Assembly (NCBI GenBank): GCA_963845185.1
Contig: CAWJRG010000009.1
Coordinates: 768,001-832,000 of the forward strand
Direction of reading: 5' to 3'
Length of the DNA: 64,000 bases
Source of the DNA: an uncultured bacterium
GTDB lineage: Bacteria; Oederibacteriota; PGYV01; CAWJRG01
In this document: positions 10,001 to 21,799 of the stretch, piece after piece
Position numbering within the stretch: the first letter of the stretch is position 1
Layout of the letters: every line of letters starts with the position of its first letter
Translations under genes and position numbers: made by a program
Notes under the pieces: model-generated
Told to the model about the DNA's origin: nothing
What the model saw: the letters and a program-made list of their open reading frames with translations, nothing else
Databases searched by the model: none

Positions 10001-11247
10001 GTTGTTGTCGGGCTGCATATCAGGCATTCTGTGAGTGTTATTGTAACAGTCGGGGTAATGGTCGGGGTATTGCAAGAACTCAAGCATGTTATTCCCTGTA
10101 CCTGGCGTATAACCTGATTGTGGTTGTCGCATATAAGCAAATTTCCAAAATTATCAATCCCTACTCCGGAAGGCCAGCTTAACTGCGCACTGACTGCCGG
10201 GCCGTTATCACCGCTATAACCTGCAGTGCCCGTAGTGTCTGCAATTGTGGTTATATTTCCATACGCATCCACTTTCCTTATACGGTTGTCATCCGCGGTT
10301 GCAATGAAAAATTCATTACTGCAACTTCCGATTACGCTAAGCGGGTACTCAAGACTTGCGGAAGACGCAGGCCCTCCGTCGCCGAAATAAGCATCACTGC
10401 CGTTGCCTGCAAGGGTTGTAATTATACCTGTTACTGCGTCAACCCTGCAAACCCGGAAACCATTCATAGAAACTGGAAAATAAACATTATCACTGCCATC
10501 AACCCATACATCTTCTGTCCATCCAAGGGCTGTGTCAACTGCATCCCCGCCATCCCCGCTATATCCTGCACTACCATTGCCAGCCACGGTGTAGATTGTT
10601 CCGTCAGTATCAACCATGCGTATCCTGAGATTGTTGCGGTCGGCAATATACAATTGGCCCGAACAACTCATAAAAACCCCGTGAGGGTTCTGCAGTTCGG
10701 CTGAAATTGCCGGAATATCATCGCCGTTATACCCGCCAACATTAGGGATGCCAGCCACTGTTGATATAATGCCTGTAACGGCATCGACTTTGCGTACGCA
10801 ATGGTTTTGACAATCCGCAATATATAAATTGTTGTTGGCATCAAGGCACACACCAGTGGGCGTATATAGTTCCGCGGATACCGCAGGCCCGCCATCACCG
10901 CTATATCCTTGCGTTCCGTTACCTGCAACTGTTGTAATATTATTACTGCCTGCGATTATTTCCCTGATGCGGTTATTGTAGCTGTCGCTGAAATATATGT
11001 TATTTGCGCTGTCTACAGCAATGTAATACGGATAATAAAGTCTGGCTGATACAGCCGGACCGCCGTCACCGCTGTATCCCAGTGTGCCTGTGCCGGCTAT
11101 GGTCGTGATATCTCCGGTCGCAGCTGATAGGGTTGAAAATAATGCAAATAATAAAACAGTCAAATACGCAAGCTTATTTATTTTATAACGGCAATAAAAA
11201 AAATATGCCCCGCATTGAGTTTGTATTATATGCCCTTTTGGATTCAT
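7027..11247 (-). CDS. Large secreted NHL-repeat protein (three beta-propellers) with YPNP C-terminal domain
   Basis: N-terminal G..GYSGDGGPA..A.L repeats; two blocks of ~47-aa WG..G.GNGQF..P.G.A.DSSGNVYV.D..NNRIQEF repeats; Thr-rich linkers; VYPNP...GVYYYVI end. Confidence 0.9.
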   Translation of the reverse strand: MNPKGHIIQTQCGAYFFYCRYKINKLAYLTVLLFALFSTLSAATGDITTIAGTGTLGYSGDGGPAVSARLYYPYYIAVDSANNIYFSDSYNNRIREIIAGSNNITTVAGNGTQGYSGDGGPAVSAELYTPTGVCLDANNNLYIADCQNHCVRKVDAVTGIISTVAGIPNVGGYNGDDIPAISAELQNPHGVFMSCSGQLYIADRNNLRIRMVDTDGTIYTVAGNGSAGYSGDGGDAVDTALGWTEDVWVDGSDNVYFPVSMNGFRVCRVDAVTGIITTLAGNGSDAYFGDGGPASSASLEYPLSVIGSCSNEFFIATADDNRIRKVDAYGNITTIADTTGTAGYSGDNGPAVSAQLSWPSGVGIDNFGNLLICDNHNQVIRQVQGITCLSSCNTPTITPTVTITLTECLICSPTTTPTSTPTFSITPTITPTMTITNTPSVTPTSCIGEGSASVNPALVRSGSTGNTLIFTYTAGPIAWATGTGYGTLIITIPPVWSPPSTTATDPGYFSITVTGGVLVGSSVSGNEIIVEASGLTANAGQIIVTYGDKSNGGPGATAPTNTQCHLLFATFQVESSPDSSAICPIVLSPQVNISCWIVFTPNTQTPIVSPSITKTITGTATQTNTMTTTPTYTATIIPGPTPCFITVWGSSGNGNSQFNNPEGAAAESSGNVYVADSYNNRIEEFSSTGTYITQWGFSGTSNGQFNYPVAVAVNSSGDVYVSDANNNRIQEFSSIGTYITQWGVTGTGNGQFNSPFGIAVDSSGNVFVVDNGNNRIQEFSSTGAYIIQWGSNGSGNGQFIGPWGIAVNSSGDVYISDPNNSRIQEFSSTGAYITQWGSNGSGEGQFYYGPAGIAIDSSGNVYAADVSNIRIQEFSSTGTYITQWGSYGTGPGQFKWPFGLAVNSSGDVYVSDSDNNNIQEFGACVSPTQTLSLTLTQTQTCTSTPILSPTNTFTITLTYTATLTSGPTPCFITAWGSSGSGNGQFKYPAFLAIDSSGNVYVADEGNNRIEKFSSTGTYITQWGGTGSGNGQFDGPVGVAVDSSGNVYVSDLVNDRIEVFNNTGAYITQWGTAGSGNGQFNDPQGVAVDGSGDVYVADYVNNRIEEFNNTGTYITQWGTAGSGNGQFSGPDGIAIDSSGNVYVTDYGNYRVQEFNSIGTYITRLGSEGTNPGQFSITQDAAIDSSGNVYVTEWNSNRIDEFSSTGTYITRWGSGGSGNGQFNGPSGIAVSSSGNVYVADTNNNRIQEFGACASPTPTLSATPSITPTITATSTFTPTASLTPTLTLTYTVTRTVTSTLTQVLATLTPTITATTTPYPIGDIIVYPNPYNPNKAIEGALKIVNLPIGANISIYTISGELVISMTSQTPVVYWKGRNLFNSPVSSGVYYYVIESGSNNILKTGTIFVVH

Positions 11248-11425
11248 TTTTCTCCCTTAAATTAAGGAATCTTTCAAACTATAAATTCGATAAATTAGAC
11301 AATAATTTCATGCCATAGTTCCGGTACCTTTTGGATTATTTTATCACACGGAGGGTTTCAACAGGTAAAAAAAGATTTAATTTTATTGTGGATTTTAACC
11401 ATTGATTTTAAAAATGTATGTAATA

Positions 11426-12313
11426 TTAATATGCCCGGCTCACAAAAAATCCTGCGAGTTGAGTTAGTTGTTTTGTGTCTTTTTTTGCTTTGGCGAGTAT
11501 TTTTACTGCTTCAGATACCAGTTTTTCTGCAAGCACGCGCGACTTGGCAATGCCATATAATTGCGGATAAGTAACCTTGCCTGCTTTTGCGTCCTTTTTA
11601 GTCTTCTTTCCCAGCTCTTTTTCATCGCCAGCAACATCGAGGATGTCATCAGCTATCTGAAACGCGAGGCCTATTTTATCGCCGAACTCCCTGAAAAACC
11701 CTGATATTTTTCTGTTTGCTCCTGCCAGTATGACGCCAGCCATAATTGACGCCGTAATTAGCGCGCCTGTTTTATGCGAATGAAGGTAATTTAATGTTTT
11801 TTTGGATACATTTTTGTTCTCGCTGGTTATATCGACAACCTGCCCGCCTATCATGCCAACGGCGCCGGCGGCTTTTGCTATTTCAGAAGCTGCCTTTATT
11901 ATGTTTTCCTTTTTTATTTTTTTATTTTCAGCAGCAGACATCATCAGCTCAAATGCTTTTGTAAGAAGCGCGTCACCGCTGAGTATTGCCACTGCTTCGT
12001 TGAATTTTTTATGTGAAGTGAGCTTCCCCCTGCGGAAATCATCATTGTCCATTGCGGGCAAATCGTCATGGATGAGCGAATACGTATGAATCATCTCAAT
12101 CGCAGCGGCAAAAGGCATGGCATCCCCGTATTTAAGGCCGCATGCTTTTGCAGAAAGCAGGCAAAGTGCGGGCCTTATCCGCTTGCCGCCCGCAAAAAGG
12201 CTGTAGCGCATGGCCCTGTAGATTATGGCCGGATATGCGGCCTTTGGCAGGCTTTTATCAAGCGCCCGGTTTACCTGCTTTGCCAGTTTTTCAAGCATTA
12301 ATTCCGTTTCCAA
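11426..12313 (-). CDS. ispA: Farnesyl/geranylgeranyl diphosphate synthase
   Basis: GGKRIRP, HTYSLIHDDLPAMDNDDFRRG, AFQIADDILD; follows xseB. Confidence 0.93.
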   Translation of the reverse strand: METELMLEKLAKQVNRALDKSLPKAAYPAIIYRAMRYSLFAGGKRIRPALCLLSAKACGLKYGDAMPFAAAIEMIHTYSLIHDDLPAMDNDDFRRGKLTSHKKFNEAVAILSGDALLTKAFELMMSAAENKKIKKENIIKAASEIAKAAGAVGMIGGQVVDITSENKNVSKKTLNYLHSHKTGALITASIMAGVILAGANRKISGFFREFGDKIGLAFQIADDILDVAGDEKELGKKTKKDAKAGKVTYPQLYGIAKSRVLAEKLVSEAVKILAKAKKDTKQLTQLAGFFVSRAY

Positions 12314-12330
12314 ATTGTTTCCCCTTTGGT

Positions 12331-12636
12331 TTAAAAAGGCAACTCGCTATCGTCTTCTTTTTCGGTCTTTTCTTCAGGGTCTTCTTCTTTATCTTTCCCG
12401 CTGCCTTCCGGCTCAAACGGCTCTGTCTCAAGGCCGCCCTTAACTTTTTTTTTCAAAACATCGATTTTTAGTTTGGTTTCTTTCAGGATTTCCCTACATT
12501 TTCCTACCAAAGCCATGCCTTTTTCATAGTCGCTAATGGCGTCTTCCAAATCAATCTCGCCTGATTCCAGTTTTTCGACTATGCTTTCGAGTTCTTTTAA
12601 ATAAGACTCAAAATTCTTTCCTTTTTCTTTTTTCAT
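12331..12636 (-). CDS. xseB: Exodeoxyribonuclease VII small subunit
   Basis: FE..L.ELE.IV.KLE.G...LE.A...YE.G motif; start at the ATG at 12636; xseA-xseB-ispA order. Confidence 0.92.
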   Translation of the reverse strand: MKKEKGKNFESYLKELESIVEKLESGEIDLEDAISDYEKGMALVGKCREILKETKLKIDVLKKKVKGGLETEPFEPEGSGKDKEEDPEEKTEKEDDSELPF

Positions 12637-12637
12637 T

Positions 12638-13845
12638 TTATTCCACCTCTTTTTCAATTACCGTGGCTTTTAAAGCGCCTTTAAACAATCTGGCCTTAAT
12701 TTTTTCCCGGGTTTTACCTGTCTGGAATCTTTTAATATTGATTTGTCTTCATTGTAAACGACAGCATAACCCTTTTTCAGGATATTCAGTGGATTGAGTA
12801 TTGCCAGTTTCTCTTTTAATGTTTTTATGGTGTCCCCGGTAAATTTTATTTTATCCGCAATAAGCCTGTCAAAGTCCATTCCCACATCATCCAGTTTCTG
12901 CACGTACTCGTTATATAAATCAAAAGGCATTTTAAAAGCATGGCTTTTAGCAAGGCCCTGCAGTTTTTCCTCATATCGCAGGACTATATTATCAAGAGTA
13001 TTTTCCAGCCTTTTCCTGTAAGAGACTATATTTTCATAAAGTTCATGTGAATCCGGTACAACAAGCTCGGCAGCTGCCGAAGGCGTAGGCGCGCGCATGT
13101 CAGCCACAAAATCAGCTATTGTGAAGTCTATCTGGTGGCCTATGGCTGAAATTACAGGTATTTTGGATTCGTAAATGGCATAAGCAAGCTTTTCGTCGTT
13201 AAATGCCCATAAATCCTCAATAGAACCGCCGCCACGGGCCAGTATTATAATGTCAGCAGCGCTTATTTCGTTCATATCCTTAAGCGCGCCTATTATCTGT
13301 TCAGGCGCTTCCTCTCCCTGCACAAGCACCGGATATATGAGTATTTCCACGTTCCTGTAACGCCTGTCAATTATGTTTAAAATGTCCCTTAAAGCAGCAC
13401 CGGTTTGGCTGGTTATAATGCCTATTTTGTCCGGGAAAGCCGGTATTGGCTTTTTATGTTCATCCAAGAATAAGCCTTCAGATTCAAGTTTCTTTTTAAG
13501 CTTTTCGAACTGGACTAAAAGGTCGCCAATGCCCAATAGCTCTATTTCTTCAGCTATTATCTGGTATTCGCTTCTTTGGCCGTATATTGACAATTGGCCA
13601 AATATCTTGATTTTTTGGCCCTCTTTGAGTTCAAATCCTAGTTTTCTATGGCTAGCCCTAAAAAAGGCTATTTTTACCTGGTTATATTCGTCTTTAAGGG
13701 TAAAATAAACATGGCCTGAACCTGGTATTCTCAGATTTGATATTTCACCTTGAATCCAGATAATGCCTACATTATCCTCCAGTAACCCTTTAATTATTGT
13801 TGTTATTTCCGAAACAGAATAGATTTTTCCGTTTTCTTTTAGCAT
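12638..13845 (-). CDS. xseA: Exodeoxyribonuclease VII large subunit (apparent 1-nt deletion near the 3' end)
   Basis: GEISN...[35 protein letters not shown]. The ORF stops at 12670, but the shifted frame continues [22 protein letters not shown] to a TAA at 12638, abutting xseB. Confidence 0.92.
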
Positions 13846-13903
13846 TGCTTTAGCCTTCTTCTTTGTCCGGACATAAGGTAGGAACCTCGTCAAAAGCTAT
13901 GTA

Positions 13904-14890
13904 TTATAACTTTCTCAAATATTCAGCACTTTCTTCAGGCAAAGTATTATTAATATAAAACCCGCTACCCCACTCAAAACCTGCAGAACTCTTAATTCTG
14001 GGTAATATCTCCATATGCCAGTGAAAATGGTCGAGATTAGCCGATTTTAGGGGTGCTGTATGTATCATATAGTTATAGGCAGGGTAATTTAGGGCCTTAT
14101 TAAGCCTGAAAATAGCGTCTTTCAGAATATAAGCCAGGTCATTTGATTCCTTATCGTCAATGTCTAAAAAATGGCTTTTATGCTGCTTTGGCAATATGCA
14201 CATTTCAAACGGCGACCTTGACGCAAAAGGCGTTATACAAAGGAAGTATTCAGACTCTTTTACCACACGGTCTTTCATCTGAATTTCGCTGTCTATAATG
14301 TCACAGTAAACGCACCGTTTTTTAAAATCGTAATATTGCTTTGCCGAATCGATTTTCTCAATAATCCTTTTCGGTATGACGGGCAATGCCATAAGCTGGG
14401 AATGCAGATGGGTCAGGTGCCCGCCTGCCCTTGCTCCCCTGTTTTTAAATATAAATATGTATTCAAGCCTGGTGTCGTTTTTCAGGTCAATAAACCTGGA
14501 TTTGTAGGTTTTAATAACGTCGTTTATCTGGCTGGGTTCAAGCTTATCCATGTCAACATTATGCAAAGGAGTCTCAATAATGACTTCGTTTGCGCCTGTG
14601 CCGGATATCACGTCAAATATCCCTAAACCTTTTTTGGTCAGGGGTGTTTCCACTTTTAAATACGGGTTGTTATTCGGGATGACGCGGATTTTCCATTTGT
14701 TTTCCTTGTCCTTTATTTCAGAAATGGAAAAGGTTGTTTTCCCTTCATTACCCGGGCAAAATGGGCATGATACATCCTGTTCAGGCAGGTTGTTTTTTGA
14801 AAATTCAGAATCTGTCAGGGGTACAAAATTTTTATCGTCTAAAGTTATTACCCATCTGTTTATTACAGGGTCTTTCCTGAGTTCGGACAT
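13904..14890 (-). CDS. galT: Galactose-1-phosphate uridylyltransferase family protein
   Basis: SELRKDP...WV, CPFCPGNE, FKN.G..AG...HLHSQ, HWH.EI.PR...AGFEWGSG. Confidence 0.85.
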   Translation of the reverse strand: MSELRKDPVINRWVITLDDKNFVPLTDSEFSKNNLPEQDVSCPFCPGNEGKTTFSISEIKDKENKWKIRVIPNNNPYLKVETPLTKKGLGIFDVISGTGANEVIIETPLHNVDMDKLEPSQINDVIKTYKSRFIDLKNDTRLEYIFIFKNRGARAGGHLTHLHSQLMALPVIPKRIIEKIDSAKQYYDFKKRCVYCDIIDSEIQMKDRVVKESEYFLCITPFASRSPFEMCILPKQHKSHFLDIDDKESNDLAYILKDAIFRLNKALNYPAYNYMIHTAPLKSANLDHFHWHMEILPRIKSSAGFEWGSGFYINNTLPEESAEYLRKL

Positions 14891-15265
14891 TTATTTCTTT
14901 TCTTCTGGCTGTTGGTCTGCCAGCTTATCAACCCTTGAAGCCACATGGGACCTTTTCATGTTTAAAAGCGTGCTTTCCCCGCTTTTAATCCTGATGATAT
15001 CCTCGGATTCCACAATTTTATCAATTATGCCGACTATTCCTCCGCTTGTTATTATCTTATCCCCGGGTTTCAAAGTCTTTAGCATTTCCTGATGTTTCTT
15101 CTGCTCTTTCCTCTGCGGTACGATAAACATGAAATAGAACAAAACAAAAATCAGTATTAAGGGCAAAAACGACATAAACATAGAAGCCGGGTCCGACGGC
15201 CCTGAAGCAGGTGCGCCGGCTGCAGGCGCTGCTGCTGCGGCATAAAGATTTTCTTCGAATAACAT
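14891..15265 (-). CDS. yajC: Preprotein translocase subunit YajC
   Basis: TM segment followed by PQRKEQK.H...L..LKPGD.I.T.GGI.G; downstream of tgt. Confidence 0.93.
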   Translation of the reverse strand: MLFEENLYAAAAAPAAGAPASGPSDPASMFMSFLPLILIFVLFYFMFIVPQRKEQKKHQEMLKTLKPGDKIITSGGIVGIIDKIVESEDIIRIKSGESTLLNMKRSHVASRVDKLADQQPEEKK

Positions 15266-15335
15266 GGTTAAACCTCCTGGTTTAAATTTTCATTGTTATC
15301 TCCCCGCCTTTTGGGGGAGAGAGTATTCGCTGATA

Positions 15336-17505
<2,170 letters not shown>

Positions 17506-17603
17506 TTTTTCTCCTTTTTTAATTCCTATATGCGAAATTATAATTGTTTTATTGTGATGCTGCCGTTTGAACTTTTTTTTGTTTATTTATGCACCTGTGT
17601 TTT

Positions 17604-18395
17604 TTATGGCTGTTTCTGATTAAACCCCATACTCTGCGATATTTTTTCAGCAGTTGCTTTTACCTGTTTTGCGTATTCAGGTGTCTTCTGGTCATTCATC
17701 CTCAGAGCCGGCGCTGTTATGCCTACGCATGCGATAACCCTGCCTCTGTAATTTTTCACCGGCGCGGCTATCCCTACAAGGTCGTTTGAATACTCCTGAT
17801 TGTCTACGGCATAACCCTGCTGTTTTGCTTCGTTTATTGCTTCTTTCAACTTTTCAGCAGTGTCTATTGTGTAAGGAGTGAATGGTTCAAACTTGATAAA
17901 TTTCATTACCTCATCTAGCCTGTCATCAGGCAAATTGGCCAGCCAGATTTTTCCGGATGCCGAACAGTGAAGCGGAACTCTTTCGCCGACGTTTGACTTG
18001 ACCCCTACCTTTTCAAGCGTTTCGAGTACATCCACATAAAGCACTTTGTTCTGATCCACTATCGCGAGCTGCACAGTCTCGCCAGAGGACCTCCAGAGCT
18101 GCCTTAAATAGGGCATGGCGTGCTGCCTGATATCAAGCTTTGACAGTACGGCATTGCCGAGTTCAAATAACTTCATGCCAAGACGGTATTTTGAAGTTTC
18201 AATATCCTGCTCAACATATTTCCTGAGCATTAAAGTGGTCAAGAGCCTGTGTACCGTGCTTTTATGCAGGTGAAGCTCCTTGCTCAGTGTCGTAACGCCT
18301 ACTCCTGTCTTGTATTCGCTTAAACTTTCAACTATATCGAGAGTCCTTTCTACTGATTGTACCGTGGTTTCATATACCTGTTTTCTTCTCATCAT
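17604..18395 (-). CDS. IclR-family transcriptional regulator
   Basis: QSVER.L.I...HKSTVHRLL.TL HTH; PLHCSASGK; IAAPV. Confidence 0.93.
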   Translation of the reverse strand: MMRRKQVYETTVQSVERTLDIVESLSEYKTGVGVTTLSKELHLHKSTVHRLLTTLMLRKYVEQDIETSKYRLGMKLFELGNAVLSKLDIRQHAMPYLRQLWRSSGETVQLAIVDQNKVLYVDVLETLEKVGVKSNVGERVPLHCSASGKIWLANLPDDRLDEVMKFIKFEPFTPYTIDTAEKLKEAINEAKQQGYAVDNQEYSNDLVGIAAPVKNYRGRVIACVGITAPALRMNDQKTPEYAKQVKATAEKISQSMGFNQKQP

Positions 18396-18482
18396 TTCCT
18401 CCTGCTGTTTTTATTCCCCTGTTATTTATAATATGGGTTTTGGCCGTTATTATTTGTATAAACCGGCTGGCCTTTGCCGTAT

Positions 18483-20417
18483 TTATTTCCATTCGCTTGC
18501 TTTTATTCTTATCGTTACCCTCCTGTTTTTCTGCCTGCCCTCATCGGTATCATTTGAAGCAACAGGCATCGTATCCCCTTTCCCTATAGCAGTAAACATA
18601 TTTTCCTGCATTCCAAAAAGATCGACAAAAAATTTGACTACAGCCTCTGCCCTTGCCTGGGATAAAGCAAGGTTATTCGGGTATATGCTGCGTTTTATCG
18701 GCATATTATCAGTATGGCCTTCCACTATCACCGATGCGTTTTTATGGGTGTTTATCTGATCCGCTATCTTTTTTATGTCCTGATATACACTTATTTTAAC
18801 GTCTGCCTTGCCTGTATCAAATAAAGTATCTGCCGATAAAGTTATTACAATTTCCCTTAGTAACACATGAACGTACTGCGGCACGGTATGCGCCCAGTTA
18901 CCGACCGTATCAGCTGCATAAAAAGTATATGTATAAACTTTGCCCGGGTCAATATACGCGCCCTTGTCGTTTGTGCCATCCCACACAACAGGAGAAGGCG
19001 GATCCCCTGCTCCGCTGAATCTTTTTACCACCTTGCCTTTATCATCCCCTATAATCAATTGCCATGAGCCTATATTGTGCAAGTCTGTGGCTGTTGGTTT
19101 AAATGATACGGGTACAACAATGGCGCCTATTTGATTTGGTTTAAGTATTTTGGGCTCTGCATCTATACTAACTTTCGGTGGAGTGTTGTCAACCTCCACG
19201 CTTATCTCGTTTGAGTCTGATTTTGTCCCGTTTTTATAAATAGCCTGTGCTTTTATATTATAAACACCATCCGGTACAACTTTTCCTAAACTATTGTATC
19301 CGTTCCAGTATAATCTTTGGGATGCATCCTTAAATACAAGGCTTTTAATAGCAACGCCAACTGAATCGGAAATATTCAGGATTATTTGTTTTACCTTTGC
19401 GGGCGATGCAATATCAGGAACAATGAAAGTGAAATCCTTATATTTATCGCCATTGGGAGAAAATACAGCTGGATTTGCTGCTATATTAAAAGGCGGAGTG
19501 CCGAATTGATAAGTCAAAGTTATCCTGTTGGTTAAACCAAGGTCTGCATTATAAGGCACAAAAGCATAATCAATCAAAAGAGAGTTTAAAATCAATCCTG
19601 CCCCAAAAGTCGGTTGTTGGATAGTCCCTAATTTGTAACCAAGCCTGAAAGCTAAAACATTAAAGGCGGTATATGACGCGCCAAATGAATAATTAAGGTT
19701 ATTGTCCGAAGCTGCCTGCACATTACCTTCAAGTGTAAAATTATTTGCGCTGTAACCCAGTCCTATTTTCATATTTATTGGTTGGCTGAAAGCCTGTGAA
19801 ACAAAAGTTTCCTGCGGCCCTATGTCGTTAAAAACAAGCCCTGCTGACAAGCCGTTTAGAAACGGTAAATCATATATAAGTCCGAAGTCAAAAAGAAAGG
19901 AAAATGTGGAACCCGTTGCATTCTGGTTGTCAATTGTATAATTAAGTATTTTCAGGTTTGCGCCAAGAAATAGATCATCAAAAAATTGTTTAGAATAAGT
20001 TAATATTCCATAAACGCTGTAAGGAGAAAAAGTATAAAGCGATGTGTACAATGTTGTTGGGTTAGCAATAGTTTTTGTTAATGAATCCATATGAAGCCAA
20101 TTTATGGTGGCGGCAATTGTTCCAAAAGGAAAAATCATGGAGTATTCAATATTCTCGTATTCCACCTGTTGAAACCATTCAATGTGAGTTAACGAAATTT
20201 CTGATGATAGTGATTTTGAAAGGCCCGCTGGGTTATATTCTATTGAATCTATATCATTCGCTAGTGCAATATATGTTTCACCCAAACCGCTTGGCTTTGC
20301 AGGAACAAGGATTTTTAAAAAATTATTTGCAGTTGTGCCGATTTGTTCTGCAGAAGGAAATATATTTCCTTCTGTCAATAAAACAATGAAAAGTAAAAAT
20401 AATATTTTCTTTTTCAT
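18483..20417 (-). CDS. PorV/PorQ-like outer membrane barrel fused to FlgD-type Ig domains and an OmpA-like peptidoglycan-binding domain
   Basis: FLKI...A...GLG....A...D......NPAGL start; amphipathic strands ending YAFVPY..LG..NRITLTYQF; FSPNGD..KD; LFDTGKA...EGHTDN...LS..RA..V...NRRV. Confidence 0.75.
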   Translation of the reverse strand: MKKKILFLLFIVLLTEGNIFPSAEQIGTTANNFLKILVPAKPSGLGETYIALANDIDSIEYNPAGLSKSLSSEISLTHIEWFQQVEYENIEYSMIFPFGTIAATINWLHMDSLTKTIANPTTLYTSLYTFSPYSVYGILTYSKQFFDDLFLGANLKILNYTIDNQNATGSTFSFLFDFGLIYDLPFLNGLSAGLVFNDIGPQETFVSQAFSQPINMKIGLGYSANNFTLEGNVQAASDNNLNYSFGASYTAFNVLAFRLGYKLGTIQQPTFGAGLILNSLLIDYAFVPYNADLGLTNRITLTYQFGTPPFNIAANPAVFSPNGDKYKDFTFIVPDIASPAKVKQIILNISDSVGVAIKSLVFKDASQRLYWNGYNSLGKVVPDGVYNIKAQAIYKNGTKSDSNEISVEVDNTPPKVSIDAEPKILKPNQIGAIVVPVSFKPTATDLHNIGSWQLIIGDDKGKVVKRFSGAGDPPSPVVWDGTNDKGAYIDPGKVYTYTFYAADTVGNWAHTVPQYVHVLLREIVITLSADTLFDTGKADVKISVYQDIKKIADQINTHKNASVIVEGHTDNMPIKRSIYPNNLALSQARAEAVVKFFVDLFGMQENMFTAIGKGDTMPVASNDTDEGRQKNRRVTIRIKASEWK

Positions 20418-20597
20418 CGCAAACCTTTCCGTCTTATGAAATAAGTATTTTGATTATTATTATTTTGTCAAATAATTATAATTTTGTCAATAAAAAATAA
20501 AATAATATTTAATATCATATGCCAAAATAGTTTGAAAAATAAAACATTTTAAAGAATCTAAAGTAAATATATCGGTTAATGAATTTTGTATAGAATA

Positions 20598-20626
20598 TTG
20601 ACATAAAAGAAATTTAATGATATTTT
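20598..20626 (+). promoter_or_regulatory. Sigma70 promoter TTGACA-17-TATTTT with extended TG
   Basis: Consensus -35 box in the AT-rich divergent intergenic region upstream of 20663. Confidence 0.55.
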
Positions 20627-20662
20627 AACATTTAAATTACGCTAAAATAAAATGAGGTTAAT

Positions 20663-21376
20663 ATGCGAAAATTTTTTATAATATTTTTTATATTTGTATA
20701 CTCTTTTATGACTGCAACAATAAAAAATAATGAAACAGCGAAAGAACGACCTTTACTCGAACCAAGGCCTATTCCTAATATTCAGATAGATGGAGAATTA
20801 AAGGAATCCATAAGTACTCCGCCGATAATATTGGCCAAAGCTGAAAAAATTTTCAAACACGGATTTATATCAAACGCCAAAGACACTCCTTCAGCTGAAA
20901 TATATCTCGGTTATGACTCAACCGGCCTTTATTTTTTCGCCAATGTAGATTGTTATTTACCAAAAACCAATAATAAAAAAGATGCTTCAATATCCGACTG
21001 TAACTGCATTGAATTCTTTCTTTCGTCTGATCCAAACGCAAACCCAAATAGGACCGATTATGGTGCCAAAGACTTTCATGTCGGTGTAAAAGCTGCAAAA
21101 GATGCTGCCACATGGAACTGGCAGTATAAAGCGCCGCTTGTAAACCCGGAAATATTTTATAAAGAAAAACCTGGTGGATACATTATGGAGGGCAGAATCC
21201 CATGGTCAAATTTTGATATTGGCTGTCTGTGTAAAATAAACGGCCGGGAAGTCGGATTTGATATGGCCATAGACTTTGTTGCAAACAGTATATTTGAAGG
21301 AAAATCTCAGATAAGATGGTTTGGCGACGAAAGCATTAACAAAAACCCATCAAAATGGGGTAGAATTGTTTATTGA
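20663..21376 (+). CDS. Secreted CBM9/DOMON-like sugar-binding protein
   Basis: IDG.L.E, Y.GYD..GLY, DCIEFF, GYIMEGRIPW, GFD.AID pattern; hydrophobic N-terminus. Confidence 0.7.
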   Translation: MRKFFIIFFIFVYSFMTATIKNNETAKERPLLEPRPIPNIQIDGELKESISTPPIILAKAEKIFKHGFISNAKDTPSAEIYLGYDSTGLYFFANVDCYLPKTNNKKDASISDCNCIEFFLSSDPNANPNRTDYGAKDFHVGVKAAKDAATWNWQYKAPLVNPEIFYKEKPGGYIMEGRIPWSNFDIGCLCKINGREVGFDMAIDFVANSIFEGKSQIRWFGDESINKNPSKWGRIVY

Positions 21377-21741
21377 TTAGTTTTCATTATTTTTTCTTGT
21401 ATAAAATTATCTAAAAAATCTATATCCCCTTCCCGTACAGCCAGAAAGCTCAGGCCTGTTTCATAATTACCGTCGATTTCCTTGTCGTTTGACCATCTTA
21501 CTTCACAAAAAGCCTTAATAATTTTATCACTTTTATCAATTAAAATTTCAACTCTTATTACTTTTCCAGGTTCTACTTTATTCGGCATTACAAGACATAT
21601 ACCGCCTTTTGATAAATTCCTCGTTTTTCCCTTATAAAAAGTCGATTGAATATTTTCAATATCGCCCATTAAAACTTTATACTTTGTTGATGCTTCATAG
21701 TTAATCCTTGGATAGGCTCTTCGCTCAATGCCTTGTTCCAT
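21370..21741 (-). CDS. Stand-alone PilZ-domain protein (c-di-GMP receptor)
   Basis: ERRAYPR (RxxxR) and NLSKGG (D/NxSxxG) motifs. Confidence 0.9.
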   Translation of the reverse strand: MEQGIERRAYPRINYEASTKYKVLMGDIENIQSTFYKGKTRNLSKGGICLVMPNKVEPGKVIRVEILIDKSDKIIKAFCEVRWSNDKEIDGNYETGLSFLAVREGDIDFLDNFIQEKIMKTNQ

Positions 21742-21783
21742 CGTAATATCTCCTTTAAAAAATTATTTAATTGAAATAATAAA

Positions 21784-21799
21784 AGCAATTCCTGTGCCA
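21784..21799 (-). promoter_or_regulatory. Sigma54 (-24/-12) promoter
   Basis: TGGCAC-AGGAA-TTGCT matches the TGGCAC-N5-TTGCW consensus, about 40 nt upstream of the PilZ gene. Confidence 0.75.
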
